Shown one piece after another: positions 1 through 9,702 of a stretch of 53,044 nucleotides of DNA. The translations under genes and the position numbers were made by a program. The stretch lies in the NCBI GenBank assembly GCA_044229145.1, contig JBGATO010000022.1, positions 1-53,044 of the forward strand, written 5' to 3'. The notes below the pieces were generated by a model, which worked only from the letters and a program-made list of their open reading frames with translations, had not been told where the DNA came from and made no database searches. Positions within the stretch are counted from its first letter, which is position 1. Every line of letters starts with the position of its first letter. Source of the DNA: Candidatus Eiseniibacteriota bacterium. Lineage in GTDB: Bacteria > Eisenbacteria > RBG-16-71-46 > CAZEPH01.

Positions 1-1036
1 TGTTCGGCAAGCCGGGCTGGACGACCATGCGATGACGCGCGGAGTCGTAGATCGACGCGCCTTGGTAGGTCGCGGGCGGCGTGCCGCTGCCGTCGAGGAG
101 CATTGACCACGCTTCCGAGCCGGGTACGAGGGAGAGCGCCCAGGTCTCGCGGCGCAGGGTGTTGGTGGGGCCGAGTCCGCCGGTCGTGATCATCCGCTGG
201 GTGAGCGGGTCGTAGACGGCCTGGTGGTCGTACGCTCCGCCGGGCTGAAGTCCGCCTGACGCGAGCTGCGTCCACACCGGCGGGCCGCTCAGCGAGAGCG
301 CGTGCACCGTGCCGTAGAGCGCGGTGGACGTAGCGCCCCCGTAGACCACCAGGCGTTGTGCGGACGCATCGTAGACCGCGGTCGGCCCCTCGGCGCCTGG
401 CAGGGCGAGCGTGTCGGTGGGCAGCTTCGTCCACTGCGGCGTCGCGCCGAGCGACAGCGACCAGACATCGGCAGGGTACCGCGTGCCGGGCGCGGTCGAG
501 GAGCCACCGAACAGGATCATGCGGTCGCCCACCGGATCGTAGGTGAGGGTCGACATGAATCGGCCGGTGGGCGCGCTGCCGGACGGCGTCAGTTGGGTCC
601 ACGCCGGCGTTGGACCGCTCAGCGTGAGCGCCCAGACATCGTTGGCGTTTCCCGTCGCGGTGAGGCCGCCGAACACCAGCAATCGGTCGCGCACCGGATC
701 GTAGGCCGCAGAATGGCCGACTCGCGCCGGCGGCCGCGTTCCCGTCGTGACCAGCGTGTCCCACATCTGCGATCCGGAGAAGGCATCGACGATGACGTCG
801 TTGCGATAGGTGGAGGTGTAGCCGCCGAACGCCAGGAAGCGATCGCGCACGGGATCGTAGACGCCCGCTTGTCCCCATCGCGCGGCCGCCGTGCTCACGT
901 CGGTGAGCAACGACCAGGCGCCGTCCGCCGCGGCGGGACGGAGTCGGGGGTCGGGCGCGGCAGCCAGGGCAGGCACATGCAGCACGCAGAGAAGAGCGAA
1001 GCTCGCGATGGTGATCGTCACGCGGGGCGCGGACAT
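1..1036 (-). CDS. Secreted kelch-repeat beta-propeller protein, 3' end outside the window
   Basis: Hand translation from ATG 1036 (GAGG upstream): signal peptide MSAPRVTITIASFALLCVLHVPALA, then repeats of about 55 aa such as YDPVRDRFLAFGG, YDPVRDRLLVFGG..NDVWAL and YDPVGDRMILFGG. Missing from the ORF track because it has no stop in the window. Confidence 0.85.
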   Translation of the reverse strand, partial: MSAPRVTITIASFALLCVLHVPALAAAPDPRLRPAAADGAWSLLTDVSTAAARWGQAGVYDPVRDRFLAFGGYTSTYRNDVIVDAFSGSQMWDTLVTTGTRPPARVGHSAAYDPVRDRLLVFGGLTATGNANDVWALTLSGPTPAWTQLTPSGSAPTGRFMSTLTYDPVGDRMILFGGSSTAPGTRYPADVWSLSLGATPQWTKLPTDTLALPGAEGPTAVYDASAQRLVVYGGATSTALYGTVHALSLSGPPVWTQLASGGLQPGGAYDHQAVYDPLTQRMITTGGLGPTNTLRRETWALSLVPGSEAWSMLLDGSGTPPATYQGASIYDSARHRMVVQPGLPN

Positions 1037-1242
1037 AGGTCGATCCTCTGCCAATGAAGCGAGGCGAGCTGAGCTGGACGCACGGCGGGAACGCTGAGTA
1101 ATAATGCGTCGTGATGCGTCGGTGCGTCAACCGGCCCCCGGCCGGCGTTGCACTTGGGGTGTGCGCTCTGGCATGCTCGACATCGGCGGCGGGCGATGCG
1201 TGTCGCGCCGCGCATTCGGCGACCTTCCTGGAGTTGCATCTC

Positions 1243-4200
1243 ATGCGTCCCCGCACCCGCCTGCTAGACCGTTCCACCGGCCTCCTCGCCGCGGCCCTCT
1301 GCGCGTTGCTCGCCACCTCCGCTCATGCCGCCATCACCCTCGGCGCCGGGCCGGCCTACGGCACCGACCGCGCCGGCACCACCTGGTACGAAGAGTTCGA
1401 GGACTGGACGAAGGCCGACCTCAAGGCGCTCGATCCGGTCGGGCTCGCCGACGCCACCTACTCCTACGGCGACGGTCTCGAGAACTCGCGCGACATGGCC
1501 GCGTTCTACTATCGCCCCGAGAACACCAACCTCTACTTCCGGGTCGACCTCTACGATCTCGCGCTGGGCGCCGAGAACAGCGCGCTCAATCTCTACCTGG
1601 CGATCGATTGCGCGGGCGGCGGCCAGTCGTATTTCCCCGACTTCGTGAACTGCCAGACCGACCATCCGTGGGAGCTGTGCCTCTGCCTCTACAGCGCCGG
1701 CACCACCTACGGGACGCACTACCGGATCTACGACAAGAACTTCGCCAATATCACGTCGGGCTACCTCGGCTCGTACTTCAACTCGCAGCTCGACGCGATC
1801 GAGTTCGGCATCTCGCGGCAAACGCTGATCAACGCGGGCTGGGACGGCGTGTCGGCGCTGTCGTTCCAGCCGTACACGACGAAGGACGGCGGCGGCTCCG
1901 CGTGCGCGTCGGGCTCGAAGCTGACGGACGCGTTCCTCGACCAGGACCGCGGCTGCGGCGACGGTTTCCTCAACGGCGCGATCGCCTCGACGGCGCAGGG
2001 CGGCGTGGTTTACTACGCGACCATCGCGCACGGCAATCAGTCGGTGAATCGCGCGAGCGATTTGTGGGCGCACGTCTACGACTCGCAGGCGAATACCGGC
2101 ATCAGTGGCGGCTGCGGTTTCCAGCGCGCGCTCGACACGCACGAAATCTATCGCGTGCCGCTCAACATCCACCCAAGCGGCAGCCTCACCGCCGGCTTGC
2201 AGTGGGCGAAGAAGCCGGGCGGCGCGAGCGATCCGCAGGACGGTCCGAGCTTCTTGTCGCGCATCCGCGCGTTCGTCGACGGCGATCAATCGGTCGACCC
2301 CGGCGCGCTGGTCGGCGGCGTGTTCGCCGAGCACATCATGCCGTACTTCGAAGGGCCGGTGAACGCGGCGTCGATCGCGTTGGAGGACACGCTCAACCAG
2401 ACCGTCTACGGCGTGAGCGCGGCGAGCGCGCAGGTGATGCACGTGCCGGAGCGCGTCATTCGCTCGCAGGCCACCGGGATGTCGCCGCTCACCGGCTTCA
2501 CGTTTGCCGACATCAGCGCGTCGCCGTACATCGCGACAGTGCTCGATCAGGTGACGCATCTGCACTGGTGGTTCTATCCCGGCGAGGCGGCGTGCAACAC
2601 CGCCGACTACCAGTACAAGATCCACAAGATCAATGGCGTCTACTGCTTCGCCATCAACGACCGCGAGGACCAGGACAAGTTCGGCAACTGGGACAACGGG
2701 ATGGTGATGGACGGCCGCTACGCACTGCTCGATCACGCGATCAACGGCAACGGCGCACGCGTCGTCGTGGTGTTCGACGATTGGGAGGCGCTCGGCGGCA
2801 AGTCGTTCGACGCGACGTCGGGCCACAGTGTGCCGAACAACAATCCGAATCAGTACAACACGACGATCCGCTGGGCGGCGAATCACCCGTGGATTCAGGT
2901 CAAGACGCTGAAGGACATCCTGGCGCTGGCGATCGCCTCGCCGTCGGCGTTCGTCCTCGACCACGGCACGCAGACGAATCTGCCGATGCAAACGTACGAG
3001 TGGCTCAAGCACGCCAGCGAGAACTCCTACAATTACTGGTATTACAACTCCAACGCCGGCTTCGGCGGCAACGAGCAGGACTTCTATCACCTGGTGCCGG
3101 TGATCACCGGCGCGCAGGGCGACTATCACGCGCGGCCGGGCGGCGTCGACGGACCGCCGCTGCCGAGCGGCAAAACCAACGGCGACATGAACACGCCGGG
3201 CACGCTGCTCTACGACACATGGGCGGCGCTGCAGAGCGCGCCGGCGAGCGGCGTGCGCGATCTCGGCATCGCCTCGTTCCTCACGATGATTTACGAAACC
3301 GCCTGGCACGAGGAGGACAACGTCAACTACACCGACTCCGATTGTCACGGCGCGTGGTTGTATCCTGACGCGTCGTGGGACGGCGTCAACACGTGGGCGT
3401 TGCAGTTGTCGAACCACGCGCGCGGCGCCGGCATCTACGCGGCGTGCGCGCAGTGGGTACAGCAGGTGCGCGGCGGCGCGCTCACCAACACGTCGCCGAC
3501 CGTCACCACGCCGGCCGATGTCGACTCCGACGGCGAGAGTGAATATCTGCTCTACAACAACCGCGTGTACTTGGCGTTCGAGCGCTACGGCGGGCGCTGC
3601 GTGTTCGCCGCCGCATACGACAGCGTGACGCAGGACGCGCAGGTGTTGATCGGCGCGCCGCTCACCAATCCGTCGGCGCCCGGCGAGGAGGAGTACTCCG
3701 GCGCCGCCGCCTATCGCTGCGCGGCGTTCAAGGACGTGTCGACCGGCGCGTTCGTCGACGCGGTCTACACCGGCGCGGCGTATCCCGACGGCTGGAACTT
3801 CGCCTCGCCCGGCAACACGGTGACCAAGTACGTGCACGTGGCGCCCGGCCATTACGACGTCAAGGTCGACTACGGCGAGAGTTTGGCGAGCGACCCGCTC
3901 TATGTCCGCGTCGGCTTGTCGCCGAATCCGCGCGACCTGATGTACCACGGACAAGCGCACTTGAGTGGCGCGTACCGCGCGGCCACCAACGACTACGTGC
4001 TGGTCAACAGCGCCGGTGGCGCGGTGGCGTTGGCGCTCGGCAGCGCGACGTGGAATCCCGCGCCGGCGAACGAGAATGCCGACCGCCGCAATCTCGGGCT
4101 CACCGAGGAGGCCGAGTTCAGCGTCAACGGCACCGCGTCGCTCACGCTCACGCTCATTCCGGGCGTGACCACGGTGACGGCGGCGGCGACGCCGGCCGAG

Positions 4201-4473
4201 GCCTCGCGCACGGCGATGACGCTCACGGCGGCGCGCGGTCCGGCGCGGGTGGCGCTGGCGCTGGCGCAGGCGGCCGAGGTGCGCTACGCACTGTGCGACG
4301 CGCGCGGGCGCGTGGTGGCGCGGCGCACGCTCGGCGCGCTCGCTGCGGGCGCACATGCGTTCGCGGTGGACGCGCGCGGCGACGACGGGCGCGCGCTGGC
4401 GGGCGGCGTCTACGTGTTGCGCGTGCAGGCGGGCGAGACGACGCTGACGCGGCGATGGGTCGTGCTGCCGTAG
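1243..4473 (+). CDS. Secreted multidomain GH57-like glycoside hydrolase with C-terminal FlgD-Ig/T9SS-like domain
   Basis: ATG 1243 after GGAG; signal peptide ending AHA. GH57-like motifs in order: HGNQ, GGVFAEHIMP, HVPERV, FDDWE. DVDSDGESEYLLYN resembles the start of the GH57 C-terminal beta domain. Tail DARGRVV...GVYVLRV...TRRWVVLP. Confidence 0.7.
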   Translation: MRPRTRLLDRSTGLLAAALCALLATSAHAAITLGAGPAYGTDRAGTTWYEEFEDWTKADLKALDPVGLADATYSYGDGLENSRDMAAFYYRPENTNLYFRVDLYDLALGAENSALNLYLAIDCAGGGQSYFPDFVNCQTDHPWELCLCLYSAGTTYGTHYRIYDKNFANITSGYLGSYFNSQLDAIEFGISRQTLINAGWDGVSALSFQPYTTKDGGGSACASGSKLTDAFLDQDRGCGDGFLNGAIASTAQGGVVYYATIAHGNQSVNRASDLWAHVYDSQANTGISGGCGFQRALDTHEIYRVPLNIHPSGSLTAGLQWAKKPGGASDPQDGPSFLSRIRAFVDGDQSVDPGALVGGVFAEHIMPYFEGPVNAASIALEDTLNQTVYGVSAASAQVMHVPERVIRSQATGMSPLTGFTFADISASPYIATVLDQVTHLHWWFYPGEAACNTADYQYKIHKINGVYCFAINDREDQDKFGNWDNGMVMDGRYALLDHAINGNGARVVVVFDDWEALGGKSFDATSGHSVPNNNPNQYNTTIRWAANHPWIQVKTLKDILALAIASPSAFVLDHGTQTNLPMQTYEWLKHASENSYNYWYYNSNAGFGGNEQDFYHLVPVITGAQGDYHARPGGVDGPPLPSGKTNGDMNTPGTLLYDTWAALQSAPASGVRDLGIASFLTMIYETAWHEEDNVNYTDSDCHGAWLYPDASWDGVNTWALQLSNHARGAGIYAACAQWVQQVRGGALTNTSPTVTTPADVDSDGESEYLLYNNRVYLAFERYGGRCVFAAAYDSVTQDAQVLIGAPLTNPSAPGEEEYSGAAAYRCAAFKDVSTGAFVDAVYTGAAYPDGWNFASPGNTVTKYVHVAPGHYDVKVDYGESLASDPLYVRVGLSPNPRDLMYHGQAHLSGAYRAATNDYVLVNSAGGAVALALGSATWNPAPANENADRRNLGLTEEAEFSVNGTASLTLTLIPGVTTVTAAATPAEASRTAMTLTAARGPARVALALAQAAEVRYALCDARGRVVARRTLGALAAGAHAFAVDARGDDGRALAGGVYVLRVQAGETTLTRRWVVLP

Positions 4474-4502
4474 AGGCGGGCCGTGTGGTAGCCTCCCGCC
4501 CC

Positions 4503-6393
4503 ATGCGCTTCGCTTCGTTCCTGTGCGCCGTCGCCGCGAGTGCCGCGACGGCCATCGCCGCCTCCGCGAGTCCCGTCATGCCGACCCGCAGTCATCACAC
4601 CCTCACCAGCGCCAACGGGCGCGTCGCCGTGGTGTGCGACGATGCCACGTGGGCGATCCACGCGGTCCACGAGCACATCTACCAGCGCGTCTCGGCGAGC
4701 GAGCCGACCCGACGCGTCGAGTGGATCCGCGACGGCCAGACGCCGCCCGAGGTGCGTCCCGCGAGCGCGGCGCCGCGCGAGGTGGACTACGAGCCGGGCA
4801 CCGGCATCATCCGCCACGCTGGCGAGTTCGTGCCGGGCGTCGCGCGCGAGCAGTTCGTTTTCGCGCCGTACGGTGCGCCGGGCGATTCCGCGCGCGCCGA
4901 GGTGCTGGTGCTGCTGCACCTGCGCAACACCGGCACCGGCGCGGCGACGCTGAAGCCGGCCGACGGCGCGCGCACGCTGCCCGGCCCGGACCTCGACGGA
5001 CGCGGCGAATGGGACCTGCCGGCGCGCCTCGCGCCGGGCGACTCACTGTGGGCTGTGGCGCGGTCTGCGCCTGCGCATCGCCCCCGGCGACGGCGCCGCG
5101 CACGTGGAGCGCGAACGGCTCTCCCCCGATGCCGCGCGCCAGTCGCTCGCCGCCGAGCGCGCCAACTGGACCGCGTGGCACGCGGTCGAAACGCCGCCAG
5201 ACGGCCTCACGCCGGCCCGCGCCGCGCTCTATCGCCAATCGACCGCGATGTTGCGCATGGCGCAGTGCACCGAGCCGGGCACGCCGCACGGTCAGATCGT
5301 CGCCAGCTTGCCGCCGGGGATGTGGAACATCACCTGGGTGCGCGATGCGTGCTACGCGATCGCCGGACTGGTGGCCAGCGGACACTTCGCCGAGGCACGC
5401 AACGCGCTCGACTTCTTCCGCCACGCGCGCGCCGGCACGGTGCGACAGGTGTTCTACGACGGGCGCAACTTCGGCGTCGACCAGGACTACGGGCTCAGCG
5501 TGTGCCGCTACTTCGGCAACGGCGATGAAGAATCCGATCGCAACAGCGCCGGGCCGAACGTCGAACTCGATGGCTTTGGGTTGTATCCGTGGGTCGCCAA
5601 CGTGTACGTCGCGGCGAGCGGCGACACGGCATGGGCCCGCGAGGCGTACCCGTGGATCTCGTCGGCGGTGCTGCGCGTGATCCCGATCGAGACCGACCAC
5701 ACGCGCGAGATCCTGCGCGAGGACAGCAGCATCTGGGAGCGGCACGTCGGGCCGCCGAACGGGCCGGAGTTCGCCAAGCACTTCGCGTGGACGACGGCGG
5801 TGTGTCAGCGCGGGCTGCGCGCCGGCGTGGACTTGGCGCGGCGGGCCGGCTACGCGGGCGATGGCGTGACGCTCGGGCGCTTCGCGGCGCAGATGGCGCA
5901 GGGCTTCCGCGCCGCGTTCGTGGCGCCGGACGGCGTCGTGCGCGGAAATCTGCAAACGCCGGACGACCGGGCGCTGGACATGGCGGCGGTGGAAGCGTTC
6001 TGCGGCGGGCAGCTCGACGCGCGCGGGCCGGAGTTCGCGGCGTTCCGCGCCGCCGCCGACGCGCGGTTGCGCACCGCGGCGGGCCACGGCTACAAGCGCA
6101 ATCAGGACGGCACCTGGTACGACGAGCAGGAGTGGGTGTTCTGCGACCTGCGCATGGCGCGCGCCCTCCAGCTGGCCGGCGATGACGCGGCGGCCGGCGC
6201 GCTGATCGACTGGGTCACCGCGCAGGCGGCGGCCAACCACCAGCTCATCCCCGAGCTGCTCACGGCGGACCAGGCGCGCTTCGCTGGCGCGATCCCGATG
6301 GCGGGATACGGCGCCGGCGCGTACATTCTCGCGCTGCATCCCGCGTTCGACCGTCCGCCCGCGCCCATCGTCTCGCGCGACCGCGACGACTGA
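4503..6393 (+). pseudogene. Secreted GH15-like (glucoamylase/trehalase-type) hydrolase split by a frameshift at about 5046-5058 (real lesion or sequencing error)
   Basis: The N-terminal part with a signal peptide starts at ATG 4503. The catalytic part lies in ORF 5104..6393 (ITWVRD, SSIWERH, LIPE). Removing 7 nt of a duplicated ctgtgg unit joins the two frames. Confidence 0.7.
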
Positions 6394-6421
6394 TCGGCCC
6401 CAGCCCCGGAGTCCCTGTTCG

Positions 6422-7408
6422 ATGATCCTGGCCGGCGATGTCGGCGGCACCAAGACCCGCCTCGCCCTCGTCGATGACGACGGCGGCTTTCTGCGCACCG
6501 GCACCTTCTCGAGCCAGCAAGCGTTGTCGCTCGAGGCGATCTGCCGCGACTTCCTCGGCGATGACGTGCGCGTGCGCGGCGCGGCGTTCGGTATCGCGGG
6601 GCCGATCATCGACCATCGCGCGACGTTGGTGAATCTGCACTGGGACGTCGACGGCGCGCGCTTGGCGCGGGCCCTCGACGTTCGCGAGGTCGCGCTGCTC
6701 AACGATCTCGCGGCCACCGCGCGCGGATTGCCGCACGTCGCGGCGGACGACCTCGTCGCGCTCAATCCCCACGCGCAGGCGCGGCCGGGCAATGCCGCGG
6801 TAATCGCGGCGGGGACTGGACTCGGCCAGGCGCTCATCGTGCGCGATGGACCGTTGCCGGTGATCGTCCCCACCGAGGCCGGCCACGCGGATTTCGCGCC
6901 GCGCACCGATCAGGAGATCGCGCTGCTGCACGCGTTGCGCGCACGCTTCGGCCACGTCAGCGTCGAACGCGTGCTGAGCGGTCCCGGCTTCGTCAACGTC
7001 TACGCGTTCTTGCGCGACAGCGGCTTCGCGCCGGAGCCGCGTGCGGTGATCGGCTGCGAGGCGTGCCACGTGCAGGACATCGCGGCGCGCGTCTCGCACG
7101 CGGGCTTGGCGCACGGCGACGCGCTCGGACGGGAGACGCTGCGCTTGTTCGCCACGCTCTACGGCGCGGAGGCAGGGAACCTGGCGCTGCGGGCGATGGC
7201 GCTGAGCGGCATCTACGTGGCCGGCGGCATCGCGCCGAAGATCGAATCCGCGCTCACCGACGGCACCTTCCTCGCCGGCTTTCTCGACAAGGGCCGGCTC
7301 ACCGATTTGGTGCGCACCATCCCGGTGTGGCTGGTGCGCGATCCCGACACCGCGCTCCGAGGCGCGGCGGCGTGGGCACGCGCATGCATGGCAGAGGCGA
7401 CCGCATGA
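6422..7408 (+). CDS. glk: Glucokinase
   Basis: LAGDVGGTKT, LLNDLAA, AAGTGLG, TEAGHADFAP, VSVERVLSGPG, AGGIAPK. Confidence 0.93.
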   Translation: MILAGDVGGTKTRLALVDDDGGFLRTGTFSSQQALSLEAICRDFLGDDVRVRGAAFGIAGPIIDHRATLVNLHWDVDGARLARALDVREVALLNDLAATARGLPHVAADDLVALNPHAQARPGNAAVIAAGTGLGQALIVRDGPLPVIVPTEAGHADFAPRTDQEIALLHALRARFGHVSVERVLSGPGFVNVYAFLRDSGFAPEPRAVIGCEACHVQDIAARVSHAGLAHGDALGRETLRLFATLYGAEAGNLALRAMALSGIYVAGGIAPKIESALTDGTFLAGFLDKGRLTDLVRTIPVWLVRDPDTALRGAAAWARACMAEATA

Positions 7409-8679
7409 AGACGACGCTCCTCGCATTCGCACTGACACTCGCGACTACGACGGCCGACGCGCGCCCCTCGCAGCGCCCGGCGGCGCGCGTCGCCGCACCG
7501 CCGACGATCCAACTCGTCGAGACGCGTCCGGTGGAGACGACGCTCGGCGATTCGACGCTGCCCGCTGCCGCCGACGTGTGGGTGGCGATGATCGACAGCG
7601 CCCGCACCTCGCTGGATCTCGAGCAGTTCTACATCTCGACGTGGCCGGGCGAGAAGCTCGAACCGGTGCTGGCCGCCCTCGGCCGCGCCGCGGCGCGCGG
7701 CGTCCGGGTGCGCGTGCTGATCGACGCGCGCATGCACACGACCTTTCCGCAACCTGCCGACTCGCTGGATCGCCTTGCGCACGTCGCGGTGCGCACGCTT
7801 TCGATGGGAGCGCTCGGCGGCGTGCAACACGCCAAATTCTTCCTCGTCGACGGCGCGCGCTTCTTCCTCGGCAGCCAGAACTTCGACTGGCGCGCGCTGA
7901 CCCACATCCACGAACTCGGCGTGCGCGTCGATGACCCGCAACTCGCCGCGCAGTTGCAGCGCGTGTTCGACGACGATTGGGCACGCAGCGGGGCGCTGCG
8001 CACGGGACAGACCGTAGCCGGCGCGGCCGCGCGTCCGCCGCAGCGCTACGGCTTCGCGCCGCGCGCCGGGCGCGATGGCGATCGCTTCACGCTCAGCGCG
8101 AGTCCCCGCGCGTGGCTCGGCGACTCGCTCGAATGGGATCGCGACGCCATCGCGCGCGTGCTCGACGGCGCCACGCGGACGATCCGCGTGCAGCTTCTCA
8201 GTTACTCGCCCTCCGGCTGGGGCAGCCATGACGCGGCGATCCACGACGCGTTGCTGCGCGCCGCGCGGCGCGGCATCGAGGTGCAGTTGCTCGTCTCCGA
8301 GTGGGAGACCGGCGATCGCGAGGGCATGAAGGCGCTGACCGAGCTGGCGCGCGAACCGCACGCGAGCGTCAAGCTCTCGACGCTGCCGCGCTGGAGCGGC
8401 GGCTACATTCCGTTCGCGCGCGTCGAGCACTGCAAGTACCTGGTCGCCGACGATCGTGTGCTATGGCTCGGCACCAGCAACTGGGAGCCGAGCTACTTCC
8501 ACACCTCGCGCAACGTCGGCCTGACGTGCGAAAGCGCGGCGCTGGCGACGCAGGCGGCGGGGATCTTCGCGACCTCGTGGTCGGCGCCCTCGGCGGCGGC
8601 GTTCGATCCGGCGCGCACCTACACACCGCAGGGACACGGGCCGTCCTCGCCCGACGGATCGCCGGTGTACGGCAAGTAA
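7405..8679 (+). CDS. Secreted phospholipase D superfamily protein (PLD3/K4L-like)
   Basis: ATGA overlap with glk; signal peptide; two HKD motifs, HAKFFLVD and HCKYLVAD, followed by GSQN and GTSN. Confidence 0.88.
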   Translation: MKTTLLAFALTLATTTADARPSQRPAARVAAPPTIQLVETRPVETTLGDSTLPAAADVWVAMIDSARTSLDLEQFYISTWPGEKLEPVLAALGRAAARGVRVRVLIDARMHTTFPQPADSLDRLAHVAVRTLSMGALGGVQHAKFFLVDGARFFLGSQNFDWRALTHIHELGVRVDDPQLAAQLQRVFDDDWARSGALRTGQTVAGAAARPPQRYGFAPRAGRDGDRFTLSASPRAWLGDSLEWDRDAIARVLDGATRTIRVQLLSYSPSGWGSHDAAIHDALLRAARRGIEVQLLVSEWETGDREGMKALTELAREPHASVKLSTLPRWSGGYIPFARVEHCKYLVADDRVLWLGTSNWEPSYFHTSRNVGLTCESAALATQAAGIFATSWSAPSAAAFDPARTYTPQGHGPSSPDGSPVYGK

Positions 8680-8691
8680 CGGAGGCAGACG

Positions 8692-9702
8692 ATGCGGTTG
8701 TTGATCCTCGGCGGCACCCATTTCCTCGGGCGCGCGCTTACCAATGCGGCGACGGCGGCCGGTCACGACGTCACGCTGTTCCACCGCGGCCGCACCTACG
8801 CCGACGACTTTCCGCACGTGCGCCACGTCCTCGGCGATCGCGATGGCGGCCTCGGCGCGCTCGGCGGGGCCGACACCTGGGACGCGGTGATCGACACCTG
8901 CGGCTTCGTACCGCGCCTGGTGCGCGACGCCGCGCACGTGCTCCGCGACCGTGTCGGGCTCTACACCTTCGTCTCGACGATCAGTGTCTACGCGGATCCG
9001 CTGCCGCTGCACGCTACCGAGGACGCGCCGCGCGCCACCCTCGACGATCCCACCGTCGAAGAGGTGACGATCCACACATACGGCGGACTGAAGACGCTGT
9101 GCGAAGACGCGGCTCGCGAGACGATGAACGGACGCGCCTTGCTAGTGCGGCCGGGCCTCATCGTCGGGCCGTACGACGTCAGTGACCGCTTCCCGTACTG
9201 GCCGCGCCGCGTGGCGCGCGGCGGTCGCGTGCTGGCGCCGGGGCGGCCGGAGCGCGGCTCGCAGTTCGTCGACGTCCGCGACCTCGCCGCGTTCACGCTG
9301 CGGATGACCGAACGCGGCCTCGCCGACGTCTTCCACGTCACCGGCGACGCGGTGCCGTTCGGCACGTTGCTCGACACCTGCCGCGCGACGCTCGGCGGCG
9401 ACGCGCGATTCGAGTGGGTGGATGAAGCGTTCCTGCTCGAGCACGAGGTCGGACCGTACGTCGAGTTGCCGCTCTGGCTGCCGGAGTCGGAGGCCGCGCA
9501 CGACGCGGTCGACTGCGCGAAGGCGAAGGCCCACGGTTTCGCGACGCGGCCGCTGGCCGAGACGGTTCGCGACACCTTCGCGTGGGACACCGCGAATCCG
9601 CCGGAGTCGCGTCCGCGGAAAGCCGGCGCCACGCTGTCGCCGAGTCTCACGGCGGAACGCGAGGCCGCGCTGCTCGCCGCCTGGGATGCCCGCCCGCGCT
9701 AG
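8692..9702 (+). CDS. NAD-dependent epimerase/dehydratase (atypical SDR)
   Basis: LILGGTHFLG, FVSTISVY, YGGLK, RPGLIVGP; GGAGG RBS. Confidence 0.88.
   Translation: MRLLILGGTHFLGRALTNAATAAGHDVTLFHRGRTYADDFPHVRHVLGDRDGGLGALGGADTWDAVIDTCGFVPRLVRDAAHVLRDRVGLYTFVSTISVYADPLPLHATEDAPRATLDDPTVEEVTIHTYGGLKTLCEDAARETMNGRALLVRPGLIVGPYDVSDRFPYWPRRVARGGRVLAPGRPERGSQFVDVRDLAAFTLRMTERGLADVFHVTGDAVPFGTLLDTCRATLGGDARFEWVDEAFLLEHEVGPYVELPLWLPESEAAHDAVDCAKAKAHGFATRPLAETVRDTFAWDTANPPESRPRKAGATLSPSLTAEREAALLAAWDARPR

Noticed and set aside
302..1057. 251-aa plus-strand ORF
   Set aside because: It is antisense to the kelch-repeat gene, which has a signal peptide, RBS and repeats.
1264..4356. 1030-aa antisense ORF, and similar long shadow ORFs (18647..21034, 25394..27070, 31939..34557, 43356..45497, 46523..48553)
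   Set aside because: They mirror well-supported genes, are Arg/Ala/Gly-rich with no motifs, and are expected in high-GC DNA with few off-frame stops.
5040..5064. Programmed ribosomal frameshift in the GH15-like gene
   Set aside because: There is no slippery heptamer, and a simple duplication explains the shift.
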